Shown: piece by piece, positions 17,554 to 27,204 of the stretch
Numbering within the stretch: the first letter of the stretch is position 1
Layout: each line of letters begins with the position of its first letter
NCBI GenBank assembly: GCA_965205505.1
Contig: CBDBHB010000009.1
Span: 832,001 to 896,000, forward strand
DNA length: 64,000 bases
From: Acidobacteriota bacterium
GTDB lineage: Bacteria > Acidobacteriota > UBA890 > WLXD01
Reading direction: 5' to 3'
The notes under the pieces: generated by a model
Seen by the model: only the letters and a program-made list of their open reading frames with translations
The model's database searches: none
Told to the model about the DNA's origin: nothing
Program-made: the position numbers and the translations under genes

Positions 17554-19497
17554 GTGTCGCGTGTAAAGAGGTTACTCGGAGCAGTCGTCGTCGCCGTGCT
17601 CACAATGCCCGGTAGCGCGGTGGTCCAGGCACAGGACGAGACGTCGAGAGGGGAGTGGCGGTCGTCCGGAGGCGACAGCGCCTACACGCGGTATTCGCCG
17701 CTCGATCAGATCACCCGCGACAACGTGAAGGATCTGCGGATCGTCTGGCGTCGCCCGGGTCTCGACCCCGAGTTCGCAGAGAAGTACCCGAGGCTACGAA
17801 CCGGCAATTATCTGCGCGCCACGCCGACGATGCTCGACGGGGTGCTGTACACACCCAACGCCGCCGGCCTGGTCGAGGCTGTCGACGCGGCCACCGGCGA
17901 GACCATCTGGCGCCAGGAGCCACCGCCGGAGATGGCGCAGGAGCGAAACTCGCAGAGCACACGGGGCGTGGATTACTGGGAGGGCGATTCGCAACGTCGG
18001 CTGTTCTCGAATCGGAACGGCTACCTGTATTCGCTTGATCTGCGCACCGGCGAGCCGTTTGCCGGGTTCGGTGACAACGGTCGGGTAAGCCTCACGCCGA
18101 CCGAGGCGCGCAACTTCCGCTGGACCTCCGGCCCGATCGTGGTGGGTGATGTCGTCGTTATCGCCGGCAACGTCGATGGCGCCGGCGACGGCGGCATGCG
18201 GTGGAAAGACAGCATGCCGGAGGACGTGCGCGGCTTCGATGTTCTCACCGGCCGGCTGTTGTGGACCTTTCACGTGGTGCCGCGCGAGGGCGAGTACGGT
18301 GCTGAGACCTGGGGCGACGACTCCCGAGCGCACTCGGGTGATCTGGGCTCCTGGTGTTGCCTGTCCGCCGACGAGGAGCTCGGCTATGTGTACGTTCCGC
18401 TGACTGCTCCGACAGCGGCGTACTACGGCGGACACCGGCCTGGCGACAACCTCTTCTCCAATGCTCTCGTGGCGCTCGATGCCAAGACCGGCAAGCGCGT
18501 CTGGCATTTCCAGATGGTGCATCACGACCTGTGGGAGTACGACACCGTCGGACCGGCGACCTTGGGAGATCTCACGGTCGACGGAAGGCGGATCAAGGCG
18601 GTCATGCAGCCCAGCAAGACCGGCTACTTGTACGTCTTCGATCGTGCCACGGGCACACCGGTGTGGCCTATCGAGGAGCGCCCTGTGCCGCCCTCGACCG
18701 TGCCGGGAGAGCAAGCGTCGCCGACGCAACCTATCCCCACCAAGCCACCGCCGTTCGCGCGTATCGGCCTGACCGAGGACGACTTCATCGATTTCACGCC
18801 GGAGTTACGGGCGCGGGCACAGGAGCTTGCCGCTCAGTTCGTTATTGGTCCCATCTTCACGCCGCCCTCGCTGGTCAGCGACGAGCCGGGTGGCACCCAG
18901 GGCACCCTCATGGTGCCGGGGTCGTGGGGCTCCGGGAACTGGAACACCGGTGCGTTCGATCCGGAGACCGGCTTCTACTACGCCGTCTCGCACGCGATTC
19001 CACGCGTCTACCGCATCGCCGAGGCCGACGACGAAGACACCGAGATGGATTACTGGAGTCCCAATCGCGAAGCCCCGTACATCGACGGCTTGCCCCTTAT
19101 CAAGCCTCCCTGGGGACGCGTCGTGGCGCTGGATCTCAACCGCGGCGAACACGTGTGGACGATCGCCAACGGCGATGGTCCTCGGGACCACCCACTCCTC
19201 GAAGGCCTCGACCTGCCACCGCTGGGGATTGCCAGTCGACCGACGCCGCTGGTGACCAAGACCCTGCTGTTCATCGGTGACGGCAGCGACGTATTCGGCG
19301 GCATCCCGGAGCTGATGCATGGTCGCAAGTTCCGTGCCCTCGACAAGGCTACCGGCGAGGTGCTTTGGGAAACCGAGCTGCCGGCGGCGCAGACGGGTGG
19401 TCCGATGACCTATCTGGTCGGAGGCAAGCAGTTCATCGTAGTGGCCATCGGGGAGCGGGATTGGCCCTCGGAGTGGGTGGCGCTGGCGCTGCCATGA
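17554..19497 (+). CDS. PQQ-dependent quinoprotein (glucose dehydrogenase family), secreted form
   Basis: RYSPLDQI, RGVDYW, VRGFDV, WHFQMVHHDLWEYD, KPPWG and PMTY…GKQF; GTG start after GGAGGGAG. Confidence 0.92.
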   Translation: MSRVKRLLGAVVVAVLTMPGSAVVQAQDETSRGEWRSSGGDSAYTRYSPLDQITRDNVKDLRIVWRRPGLDPEFAEKYPRLRTGNYLRATPTMLDGVLYTPNAAGLVEAVDAATGETIWRQEPPPEMAQERNSQSTRGVDYWEGDSQRRLFSNRNGYLYSLDLRTGEPFAGFGDNGRVSLTPTEARNFRWTSGPIVVGDVVVIAGNVDGAGDGGMRWKDSMPEDVRGFDVLTGRLLWTFHVVPREGEYGAETWGDDSRAHSGDLGSWCCLSADEELGYVYVPLTAPTAAYYGGHRPGDNLFSNALVALDAKTGKRVWHFQMVHHDLWEYDTVGPATLGDLTVDGRRIKAVMQPSKTGYLYVFDRATGTPVWPIEERPVPPSTVPGEQASPTQPIPTKPPPFARIGLTEDDFIDFTPELRARAQELAAQFVIGPIFTPPSLVSDEPGGTQGTLMVPGSWGSGNWNTGAFDPETGFYYAVSHAIPRVYRIAEADDEDTEMDYWSPNREAPYIDGLPLIKPPWGRVVALDLNRGEHVWTIANGDGPRDHPLLEGLDLPPLGIASRPTPLVTKTLLFIGDGSDVFGGIPELMHGRKFRALDKATGEVLWETELPAAQTGGPMTYLVGGKQFIVVAIGERDWPSEWVALALP

Positions 19498-19512
19498 CCC
19501 TCCATAGACTCC

Positions 19513-19529
19513 ATGATCAGGAGCACTAG
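19513..19529 (+). repeat. Solo end identical to the MITE terminal repeat
   Basis: atgatcaggagcactag matches 1413-1429 exactly (17/17); lies between convergent genes. Confidence 0.75.
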
Positions 19530-19550
19530 CCGCCGCGCCGAGCCGTGTGG

Positions 19551-20804
19551 CTACTGCACCGCCGGGATCACGTGGTCGATGATTACCGACTGCGCCGAGT
19601 ACGACTGCTCGTAGATGTTCCATGAGTTAACCACCGCCACGAGGTCGAGCTCGGGGACGATGATCAGCGACTGGCCCCCGTACCCCGATCCGCCGTACTG
19701 CTTCGGGGCGTCGCCGCTGCCGTCGTTCATGATCCACCACTGAAAGCCGTAGCCGCGTTTGCTGTCGGGGTTCTCGGGGGTAGCGAACGACACCCACGGA
19801 CGTGCCGATCTCTCTACCCAGCCTTCCGGGAGAAGGCGGACGCCGTCCCAGACCCCGTCCCGCATGAACAGATAGCCGATCTTCGCGAGATCTTCCGGCT
19901 TGAGGTACAGGCCGCCCTCGGTGTCTTGGAGGCCGTCGGGAATCGCCTTCCAGTAGTAATCGGTGATGCCCAGCGGGCCGAAGAGGTATTGCTCGGCGTA
20001 CTCCCCGACGTTGAGGCCGGTGGTGGCTTCGAGAATCGCCGCCATGATCATCGAGTTGCCGCTGTTGTAGACGAACGTCTCTCCCGGCACCGCCGCCATC
20101 GGCTTGTCGAGCACGAACTGCACCCAGTCTTCCGAGGCTTCGAGCTGCGCCGCGTCGTTGCCCATATCTGTATAGGGCAGCGTGAACTCGTCCCACTCGA
20201 AGCCCGGTCGCATAGTGAGCACATGTTCGAGCGTGATCGTCGCCTTCACCCCGTCGGGGTCGTCGATCTCCCGATCCGAGAGGTAGGAAAGCGCCGCAAC
20301 GTCGGTGCCTTCGATCTCGCCCCGGTAGATGGCGATGCCGATCAGCGCCGAGGTCACGCTCTTGGTGATCGACTGGATGGTGTGTACGTCGGATCCTTCA
20401 CGAAACGGGTGGTAGTCGGGATTGTAATAGTTGTACTGGTGCGGCTCCTGCTCGTAGCCGGAGTTGATCTCCACGTAGTCGTGCTCATAGCGGAAATCGG
20501 CGATGACCCGCCCGTGGCGCGTCACCACCAACGCATCGACATTGCCGTAGGCTCCGGCGGCCAGTTGGGCGTCGAGCGCGGTCAGCGCGGCGCCGTCGAC
20601 GCCTTCGTCCTCGGGAGCCGAACGACTCCAGCCGTTGGTTGGCCAAGAAGTGGCTTCCGGCATCTCCACGTCGTTCGCATCGCCGCCGGCGCATGCGACC
20701 ATCGCCGTGCAGGCGAGGGCGGCGAGCAGCCGCGCGAGGGCTGGCTGGCGTTCGATACGGTGTCGGCCGGAGAAGGTGTGTGATGGGGTGAGGCGCTCTC
20801 GCAT
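19551..20804 (-). CDS. Serine hydrolase, beta-lactamase/AmpC family, lipoprotein
   Basis: SxxK (QSITKS), YNS, LFGPLGI and GYGGQ motifs; lipobox-like MVAC. Confidence 0.9.
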   Translation of the reverse strand: MRERLTPSHTFSGRHRIERQPALARLLAALACTAMVACAGGDANDVEMPEATSWPTNGWSRSAPEDEGVDGAALTALDAQLAAGAYGNVDALVVTRHGRVIADFRYEHDYVEINSGYEQEPHQYNYYNPDYHPFREGSDVHTIQSITKSVTSALIGIAIYRGEIEGTDVAALSYLSDREIDDPDGVKATITLEHVLTMRPGFEWDEFTLPYTDMGNDAAQLEASEDWVQFVLDKPMAAVPGETFVYNSGNSMIMAAILEATTGLNVGEYAEQYLFGPLGITDYYWKAIPDGLQDTEGGLYLKPEDLAKIGYLFMRDGVWDGVRLLPEGWVERSARPWVSFATPENPDSKRGYGFQWWIMNDGSGDAPKQYGGSGYGGQSLIIVPELDLVAVVNSWNIYEQSYSAQSVIIDHVIPAVQ

Positions 20805-20854
20805 GGGTGATCTCGCTGGTCTGTTGGCAGGAAGGCGTGCACCTTAGCATTCGG

Positions 20855-20997
20855 CCGGAGGGTTACGACGATTCGGGGCCATCTGCTGCGTTGGCCTTCC
20901 TCGACGATGGCTAGAGCATCGCCAGCGTCAGGCCGCCTTCCAACTGGCCCCAACTCGCCGTAACCAGGCCCGCCACACTTCCACCACGGCCTGCTAG
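20855..20997 (+). mobile_element. Half element (143 bp) homologous to the right half of the 1151-1429 MITE
   Basis: Aligns without gaps to 1287-1429 (~78/143 identical by hand). Shares the ccggaggg start, GCGTY and CCTT loop motifs, gatggct…gcatcgc core and CTAG end; stems are compensatorily different. Confidence 0.8.
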
Positions 20998-21013
20998 TAT
21001 CCAGCCGTCGACG

Positions 21014-22807
21014 ATGGATACGCGGGAGGAGAGCATGACGCACGACCGAGATGACGACGAGAGGCGGTTTACTCGAGGCGAGTTTCTCGGGATAGGAGCT
21101 GGCTGGGCGGCGGGAATCGGTGCCGCGTCGGCGGGCCTGGCCGCCGCCAGCTCGAGCGCTGCTGCTGCTAGCCTGAGTACCTCGCCCCACCACGTCGCGG
21201 TCGCTCGCTCGAAGCGGCGCGCCAGTGCGCCTGTGGACATGATTGTGCGCAACGCCCGCGTCCACACCGTCGACGACGCCATGCCAGCCGCCGAGGCCTT
21301 CGCAGTGTCGGGCGACCGCTTCGTGGCGGTTGGCAGCAACGCCGATGTCGACAACCTCGGTGGACCCGGGGTCGAGGTGATCGACGCCGTCGGCATGACC
21401 GTGGTGCCCGGCTTCATCGATGCGCACTCGCATCCCGGCAGCGGTGGGCTGCGCGAGCTCAAGAGCGTGAACGTCGATTTGCGGAGCATCCGCGCCATCC
21501 AGGACGCCTTGCGCCAACGCTCCGAACAGACGCCGGCGGGCGAGTGGGTGATCGGCTTCAAGTACGACGACACCAAAGTGAGCGACGGGCGCCAGCTGCA
21601 TCGCCGCGATATCGATGAGGCGGTGCCCGATCATCCGGTGCGCATTACCCACAGAGGTGGCCATACCTCCTGGTACAACTCGAAGGCGCTGGATCTTGCC
21701 GGGATCACCGCTGCGACGCCCGATCCGGAGCACGGGCGGTTCTTCCGGGAGGGCGGCGAGCTCACCGGCCGGGTAGCCGAGCGCGCCAACGCGGTATTCA
21801 GTGGTCTGATCACCAACGATGCGACGCGCCAAGACAGGCAAGCCGGCGTGGCGTTGATCACCCGGTTGATGGCGCGGTCGGGCCTGACATCGGTTCACGA
21901 CGCGGGCTCGGGTGCCGCCGGCGCTACCGCCTACCGCGACGCATACCGGGCCGGCGAGCTGCGCTGTCGCGTCTACATGCTCATGCGAGGCGGAATCTAC
22001 GAGGATGTCAAGGCGGCCGGGTTGTACTCCGGGTTCGGCGACGAGTGGTTCCGCCTGGGGGCGGTGAAATTCGGTGCCGACGGCTCGGCGTCGGAGCGCA
22101 CCATGGCCATGAGCACGCCGTATGTGGGCCGCCCCGACGACTACGGCATCTTGACGATGACGCAGGAAGATATCCACGAGGCGGTGGAGGATTGCCACCG
22201 CCACGACTTCCAGGTCGGGATCCACGCCAATGGCGACATCGCCATCGACATGGTGCTCAATGCATACGAGCGCGTGCAGAGGCTGTGGCCGCGCCCGGAT
22301 CCCCGCCATCGCCTCGAGCACTGCTCGCTGGTGAATCCCGAGTTGCTCGGTCGGATCAAGGCCACCGGCTCGATTCCGACGCCCTTCTATACGTACGTGC
22401 ATTACCACGGCAACAAGTGGGTGGAGTACGGCGCGGAGAAGATGCGGTGGATGTTCGCGCACCGCTCGTTCCTCGACTACGACATCCCGGTGGCAGGAGC
22501 GTCGGACTACGTGCCGGGTCCGTACGAGCCGCTGATGGCGATTCAGTCGTTGGTTACGCGCAAGGACTTCGACGGGCGCATCTGGGGCCCGAATCAGCGC
22601 GTCAGCGTCGAGGAGGCATTGCGCATCTGTACCATCAACGGTGCCCACGCCTCGTTCGAGGAGACCCTCAAGGGCTCGATCACCGCCGGCAAGCTAGCCG
22701 ATTTCGTGATGCTGGGGGAGGATCCCCACGACGCCGATCCCGATTCGATCAAGGAGATCGAGGTGGCGCGAACTGTCGCCGGCGGCCGGACGACGCATGA
22801 GGCGTGA
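21014..22807 (+). CDS. Amidohydrolase_3 (YtcJ-like) with Tat-like leader
   Basis: PGFIDAHSH, KFGADGS, IHANGD, RLEH, GASD and GSITAGKLADFV; leader RRFTRGEFLG. Start may be 21035. Confidence 0.9.
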   Translation: MDTREESMTHDRDDDERRFTRGEFLGIGAGWAAGIGAASAGLAAASSSAAAASLSTSPHHVAVARSKRRASAPVDMIVRNARVHTVDDAMPAAEAFAVSGDRFVAVGSNADVDNLGGPGVEVIDAVGMTVVPGFIDAHSHPGSGGLRELKSVNVDLRSIRAIQDALRQRSEQTPAGEWVIGFKYDDTKVSDGRQLHRRDIDEAVPDHPVRITHRGGHTSWYNSKALDLAGITAATPDPEHGRFFREGGELTGRVAERANAVFSGLITNDATRQDRQAGVALITRLMARSGLTSVHDAGSGAAGATAYRDAYRAGELRCRVYMLMRGGIYEDVKAAGLYSGFGDEWFRLGAVKFGADGSASERTMAMSTPYVGRPDDYGILTMTQEDIHEAVEDCHRHDFQVGIHANGDIAIDMVLNAYERVQRLWPRPDPRHRLEHCSLVNPELLGRIKATGSIPTPFYTYVHYHGNKWVEYGAEKMRWMFAHRSFLDYDIPVAGASDYVPGPYEPLMAIQSLVTRKDFDGRIWGPNQRVSVEEALRICTINGAHASFEETLKGSITAGKLADFVMLGEDPHDADPDSIKEIEVARTVAGGRTTHEA

Positions 22808-22830
22808 GCCTCCACAACCCTGTCGGCCGC

Positions 22831-22859
22831 CCCGCTACACTCCCACCACGGCCTGCTAG
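22831..22859 (+). repeat. Solo element end overlapping the stop of the 22856 gene
   Basis: cccgctacactcccaccacggcctgctag; CTA at 22856-22858 is the minus-strand stop. Confidence 0.8.
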
Positions 22860-23893
22860 GACGGCGGAATAGGATCTTCGGTGTGCGTCTCCGCGTCGTC
22901 TTCGTGCGTCAGCTCGATATCGATGCCGTACCAGAGCCACTCGGGGGTTAGCTTCAGCCCTGCCGGCGATGCCGCCACGTCGAGCACGTGACCGCCCAGC
23001 TCGAGCGTCTCGCTGACGCTCAAGGGCATGGTGATCGGGCGCAGCACGCTGTCGGGCAGACCGAAGCGGAAGCCCGTGTGCAGGATCTCCCGCAGCTTGG
23101 TCTCCATGCTGTCGGCGTTGAGCGCCAGGCCGCAGCGGAACATCTTGTCCTGTGCCGCGAGGATCTCGCGCACGTGCGCCCACGATTCCTCGGTGGGCTC
23201 CGGTTGTACGTCGAGTCGCTGGGGGAAGCTGGGGTCGAGCACGAGGCTGCCGTCGACGGGTGTGATCTGGAAGTGTCCGTTGAGATCGTAGTTGCGCGTG
23301 CGGATCGTGGCCGAGAATGACTCATCCACCTGGAAGTCCCGGCACACGACGCTGATGACGGTGGCGGCGTCCCATTCGAACTTGATGCGCGCCGTACCCG
23401 TGCCGTTTACCACCTGCGCCGGCAGGCGCAGCGCGAAACGGTCATAGCTGTCTACGGTGATCGTCGGCTCGCCGGCGCGCAGCGTGGCCCGGATGTCGTT
23501 GATGCTGACGTGCAGCGTCCAGCGCCCGGCGCGGACACGGATCGGTCCGATCCGCGTCCTCACCTCATTGTCTTCCTGGGCCACGGTGCCGGGGCTGAGG
23601 TGCAACTGCACGTCGTCGAGATATTGGGATGAGGCTACCGTCAACAGCTCCTGCAGCATGCCGATCCGCAGCCGCACAACCACGTCGGCGGCCTCGAGCG
23701 CCTCGCCCACCAGCATGATCTCCGGATCGAGCCGAGCGTCAACTACCGATCGCAAGGCGGCTACCTGTTGCTGCAGGGTTGCGAGGGCCTCGTCGGGCTC
23801 GGACCTTGCGCCGCTCGAGCTGCAGCCACCGGCCAGGACGGTAATCGCGAGGCCGGCAACGAGATGCGGGCGCGATTGATGACAGACCCGCAT
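22856..23893 (-). CDS. Uncharacterised lipoprotein B (short coiled coil then beta-rich domain)
   Basis: Lipobox-like LAGGC; ATG overlaps the upstream TGA (TGATG coupling). Confidence 0.8.
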   Translation of the reverse strand: MRVCHQSRPHLVAGLAITVLAGGCSSSGARSEPDEALATLQQQVAALRSVVDARLDPEIMLVGEALEAADVVVRLRIGMLQELLTVASSQYLDDVQLHLSPGTVAQEDNEVRTRIGPIRVRAGRWTLHVSINDIRATLRAGEPTITVDSYDRFALRLPAQVVNGTGTARIKFEWDAATVISVVCRDFQVDESFSATIRTRNYDLNGHFQITPVDGSLVLDPSFPQRLDVQPEPTEESWAHVREILAAQDKMFRCGLALNADSMETKLREILHTGFRFGLPDSVLRPITMPLSVSETLELGGHVLDVAASPAGLKLTPEWLWYGIDIELTHEDDAETHTEDPIPPS

Positions 23894-24693
23894 CAGGGAG
23901 TGCCTGGGGCGGCTGGGGCATCGTCGTCGGCTATCGACGGTGGCGCGGCATCCACATCGACGTCGATGACTATCCACAACCGCTCGTCCGCGGCCAGCAC
24001 GCTGCCGACCCGTGCGGCGAGCGGCACGCGGACCGCAGGAATGGTGACGTCGGCGTCGTCGACCGCTGGCAGGTGGATGTCGTGCTCCAGAAGTATCGGC
24101 ACCGGTAGGTTGCCGAACAGCTGGTTGAACTCGTTTGCCTTGCGCGTTGCGAGCTCGGAGGCGAGCCGTGCGGCCGGGGCAGACCAGCCGCCGACGCTCA
24201 CCTCCTGCGCCTTGACAGTGAGGATCTCAACTCGGGCGAGTAGCACGCCCAGGTCCTGATCGAGCCCGACGATCTGGAGCAGCCCGAACACCGTTGCATC
24301 GACGAAAACGTCCGGACGATCGGCGAGCGATACGCGACCGTTGAACTGCACCAGCGCCAGGCCGGTGCGAAAATCGACCTCGGCGGCGCGAAGCTGTACG
24401 TGGAAACGCTCGGCGATCGTTTCCTCGACCGGTAGCGCTGCCGTAAGCAACTCGGCGAGAGTGCGCTCGTGCACCACGACAATCATGTCGGCCTCGCCGA
24501 GCACACGGCCGAAATCCAGGCTCTGATAACTCGACAGGCTGGCGAGCTCGCGCTCCAGCACGATGCGCTCAGCGTCGGGTCCAGGATCTGATTGGCAGGC
24601 GGCTGTCAGTAACGAGGCGGCCAGTGGCAACAGGCAAGCGAGAGCACGCGTCTGCCATCGACTAACGTTTCCCGTTTCCACGCCCACCGTCAC
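23893..24693 (-). CDS. Uncharacterised lipoprotein A, apparent distant paralogue of lipoprotein B
   Basis: Lipobox-like LTAAC; ADMIVVV…LAELLT and LWIVIDV echo ADVVVRL…LQELLT and LWYGIDI in B. Confidence 0.75.
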   Translation of the reverse strand: MTVGVETGNVSRWQTRALACLLPLAASLLTAACQSDPGPDAERIVLERELASLSSYQSLDFGRVLGEADMIVVVHERTLAELLTAALPVEETIAERFHVQLRAAEVDFRTGLALVQFNGRVSLADRPDVFVDATVFGLLQIVGLDQDLGVLLARVEILTVKAQEVSVGGWSAPAARLASELATRKANEFNQLFGNLPVPILLEHDIHLPAVDDADVTIPAVRVPLAARVGSVLAADERLWIVIDVDVDAAPPSIADDDAPAAPGTP

Positions 24694-24741
24694 ACTTCCT
24701 GCCGGCGAAACCTTCTGCGCTCGATCTGTCCGAGGACCCGT

Positions 24742-27204
24742 TTACTGGATGTACCCGAGGGCCCGAAGCTTCTCCAGCTCCTCGGCAGACATGCTGTCCG
24801 TCGATCCTTCCTCGACGCGCGCCGCCAGCGCCGACTCGAGCCACATGTCGAGCTCCCCGGCGAGCAACTCGACGACGTCGGGGTGGTCGCTGGCAACGTC
24901 GTTCTGGTCGAGCGGGTCGTCATCGTAGTCGAACAGCTCGTACTCCAGGCGGTCGACGGGACGCTCGGTATTGCGAATCAGCTTCCAGCCGTCGGCGACG
25001 ATCACGTAGCTGGCGGCCTCGTCCTCGAACAATTGCTCGCTGCGGATCAGCGCACGCTCGGCGAAAGCAGGTCGCGGGACCCAGCCGAGAGAGGTCGGAG
25101 CGTCTGGGCGTGCCATCAGCGGCACCAGGCTCTGACCTTGCGCCTGTTGCGGTGTCGGAACGCGCGCCAGGTCGAGCAGCGTCGGGTAGACGTCGATCGA
25201 CTGCACCACCGTGTCGATGCGGCGCGTCGGGATCACGCCCGGCCAGGAGAAGAACAAAGGTACGTTGAGCATCTCGCCGTAGGCGGTGACGCCGTGCCAG
25301 TGATGGCCGTGCTCGAGGAACTCCTCTCCGTGATCGCTCATGAACACGATCAGTGTGTCGTCGCGCCGCCCCAGCGCGTCGAGCTTCTCGAGCAACCGTC
25401 CCACCTCCACGTCCATTGCCTTGATCGAGGCGTCGTACCAGTCCATCTCGGCATCGAGGAAAATGTCGGCGTCGATGCCGGCCTCCGCCAGGGTCTCGAC
25501 GCTCGGAAGCCTCTGGCTCTTCATGAGCCCAGGTTCCATGATCTCCACCGCTGCCGCCAGGTTTTCGCGATGCTGCTCGGCCTCGGCGTCGTCCATGTAG
25601 GCGCCGTCATACGGCCCGTAGGGCTCGAACGGGCTATGAGGGTCGAAGACATGCAGGAATGCGAAGAACGGGGTGTCGCGGTGCGTTTCCAGCCACCGCA
25701 GCAGCCGATCCACGAATGTGCGCGCGGTCTTGGAGTCGCTGTGATCGAGGTCGCCGATCGAAGCGGCCTCATGCAACACCTCGACGCCCTGATGGAGGTT
25801 GGTCATGCGTCCGGTGAAGGGCACCGAGGAGGTATGGAAGGTAGCGTAGCCGGCCTGCTGAAAGACCTCGGCGAGCGTCGTCACCGACGACGGCAGGCGG
25901 TCCGGCGTATCGACGATCCCGTGGCTGCTCGGGTACAGGGACGTCAAGATCGACGAGACCGAGACCTTGGTCCAGGTTGCCTGTGAGACGTCCTTGGTGA
26001 ACACGGCGCCCTCCTCGGCCAGCGCCGCCAGGTTGGGAGCGTTGTCGCGCCTGCCACCGTGCCACGGAAGGTGATCGCGCCGCAGCGTGTCAGCGACGAT
26101 CAACAGCACCCCGCGGGGCGCTCGCGTATCGCTGGCGAGCTCGGTGCGCGCCTCCGAGGCGCGCGCCGTGCGGGTGATGTCGTCACGCTGCCGGATCACC
26201 GGGGTTCCCCAGTAGGCGATCGTACGGTCGTCGTCGGCGCTGGCCTGTAGGGCGAAGGTGACAGACTTGCCAGCGAGATCGCTCAAGTCGATGGCGATTG
26301 GTTCCCAACGGTCAGCCGTGGTCACCGTGTGCACGAGCAGCGCCGATTCCTGGGCTCCGGCGGTGACATTGACTCGGAACGTCACCGGGGTGGGTTCAAT
26401 CGTACCCAGGTGGAGCTCGAGCCAGGGTCGGGACGGCAGGTTCACAGCGAAGGAGACGCGCTCCGGGGTTCGCGTTACCAGGGTCTCGCGGAAGACGTTG
26501 CCTTGCCCCTGCCAACCGAGCCCGGACTCGATCGACCGCAGGTGCTCGCGCCGCGAGACGACGCGAACCGACTCGATGGCAAACTCGGCGCCGTCCACAT
26601 CAGTGGGACGAAGCACGAGGTGACGTATGCCCTCCAGGCGCAATGTCGAGTTGAACGAGCTGCGCGTCGACAGCGCGAAACTCTGCAGCTCATCGCCGGG
26701 AATCACTGGCGTGCTCGCCTGTGCGCTTGCAACGCTGGCGGCTGCCCCCAGCGTCTGCTCCTCGTTGAGTGTCTCGTCGGAGGAAAAGCTGGCGCCGGCA
26801 CGAGTTCCCGCCGAAACACGCATGCGTACCTGGATCTCATGAAGCTCGTCGCCGAGTGTCACGTCATCGGGGATGGCGACGACGAGCAGTCCGACATCGT
26901 CGGTGATTCGCCCGACGAGAAGGCCGTCACGCGCCTGCAGACTTCCGATCGCGCCGATGCCCCGCCAGCCTAGAGCTGTGCCGGCGGTCGAGTCTCCAGG
27001 CGAAATGCCCGCGGCGAAGTCCCAGACCACCGGTTCGATCGGCTCGAGCGGCGGCGTCCCTTCGACGGTCGCGTCTGCCATGCGATCGACCAGTCGGATG
27101 CTGACGGGCTCCGACGACGAGTCGGCGCCGCAGCTGCTGATCACCACGTCCGCGAGAGCTAGCGTGAAGTATTTCGGGCTGGGCCGACAGCGGGCCGTCG
27201 TCAT
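24742..27204 (-). CDS. Sulfatase-like (alkaline phosphatase superfamily) hydrolase with large N-terminal beta domains
   Basis: LIVADTLRRDHL, SQATWTKVS, FDPHSP, MSDHGEEF, NVPL and LRALGYI; ATGA overlap with capA-like gene. Confidence 0.88.
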   Translation of the reverse strand: MTTARCRPSPKYFTLALADVVISSCGADSSSEPVSIRLVDRMADATVEGTPPLEPIEPVVWDFAAGISPGDSTAGTALGWRGIGAIGSLQARDGLLVGRITDDVGLLVVAIPDDVTLGDELHEIQVRMRVSAGTRAGASFSSDETLNEEQTLGAAASVASAQASTPVIPGDELQSFALSTRSSFNSTLRLEGIRHLVLRPTDVDGAEFAIESVRVVSRREHLRSIESGLGWQGQGNVFRETLVTRTPERVSFAVNLPSRPWLELHLGTIEPTPVTFRVNVTAGAQESALLVHTVTTADRWEPIAIDLSDLAGKSVTFALQASADDDRTIAYWGTPVIRQRDDITRTARASEARTELASDTRAPRGVLLIVADTLRRDHLPWHGGRRDNAPNLAALAEEGAVFTKDVSQATWTKVSVSSILTSLYPSSHGIVDTPDRLPSSVTTLAEVFQQAGYATFHTSSVPFTGRMTNLHQGVEVLHEAASIGDLDHSDSKTARTFVDRLLRWLETHRDTPFFAFLHVFDPHSPFEPYGPYDGAYMDDAEAEQHRENLAAAVEIMEPGLMKSQRLPSVETLAEAGIDADIFLDAEMDWYDASIKAMDVEVGRLLEKLDALGRRDDTLIVFMSDHGEEFLEHGHHWHGVTAYGEMLNVPLFFSWPGVIPTRRIDTVVQSIDVYPTLLDLARVPTPQQAQGQSLVPLMARPDAPTSLGWVPRPAFAERALIRSEQLFEDEAASYVIVADGWKLIRNTERPVDRLEYELFDYDDDPLDQNDVASDHPDVVELLAGELDMWLESALAARVEEGSTDSMSAEELEKLRALGYIQ

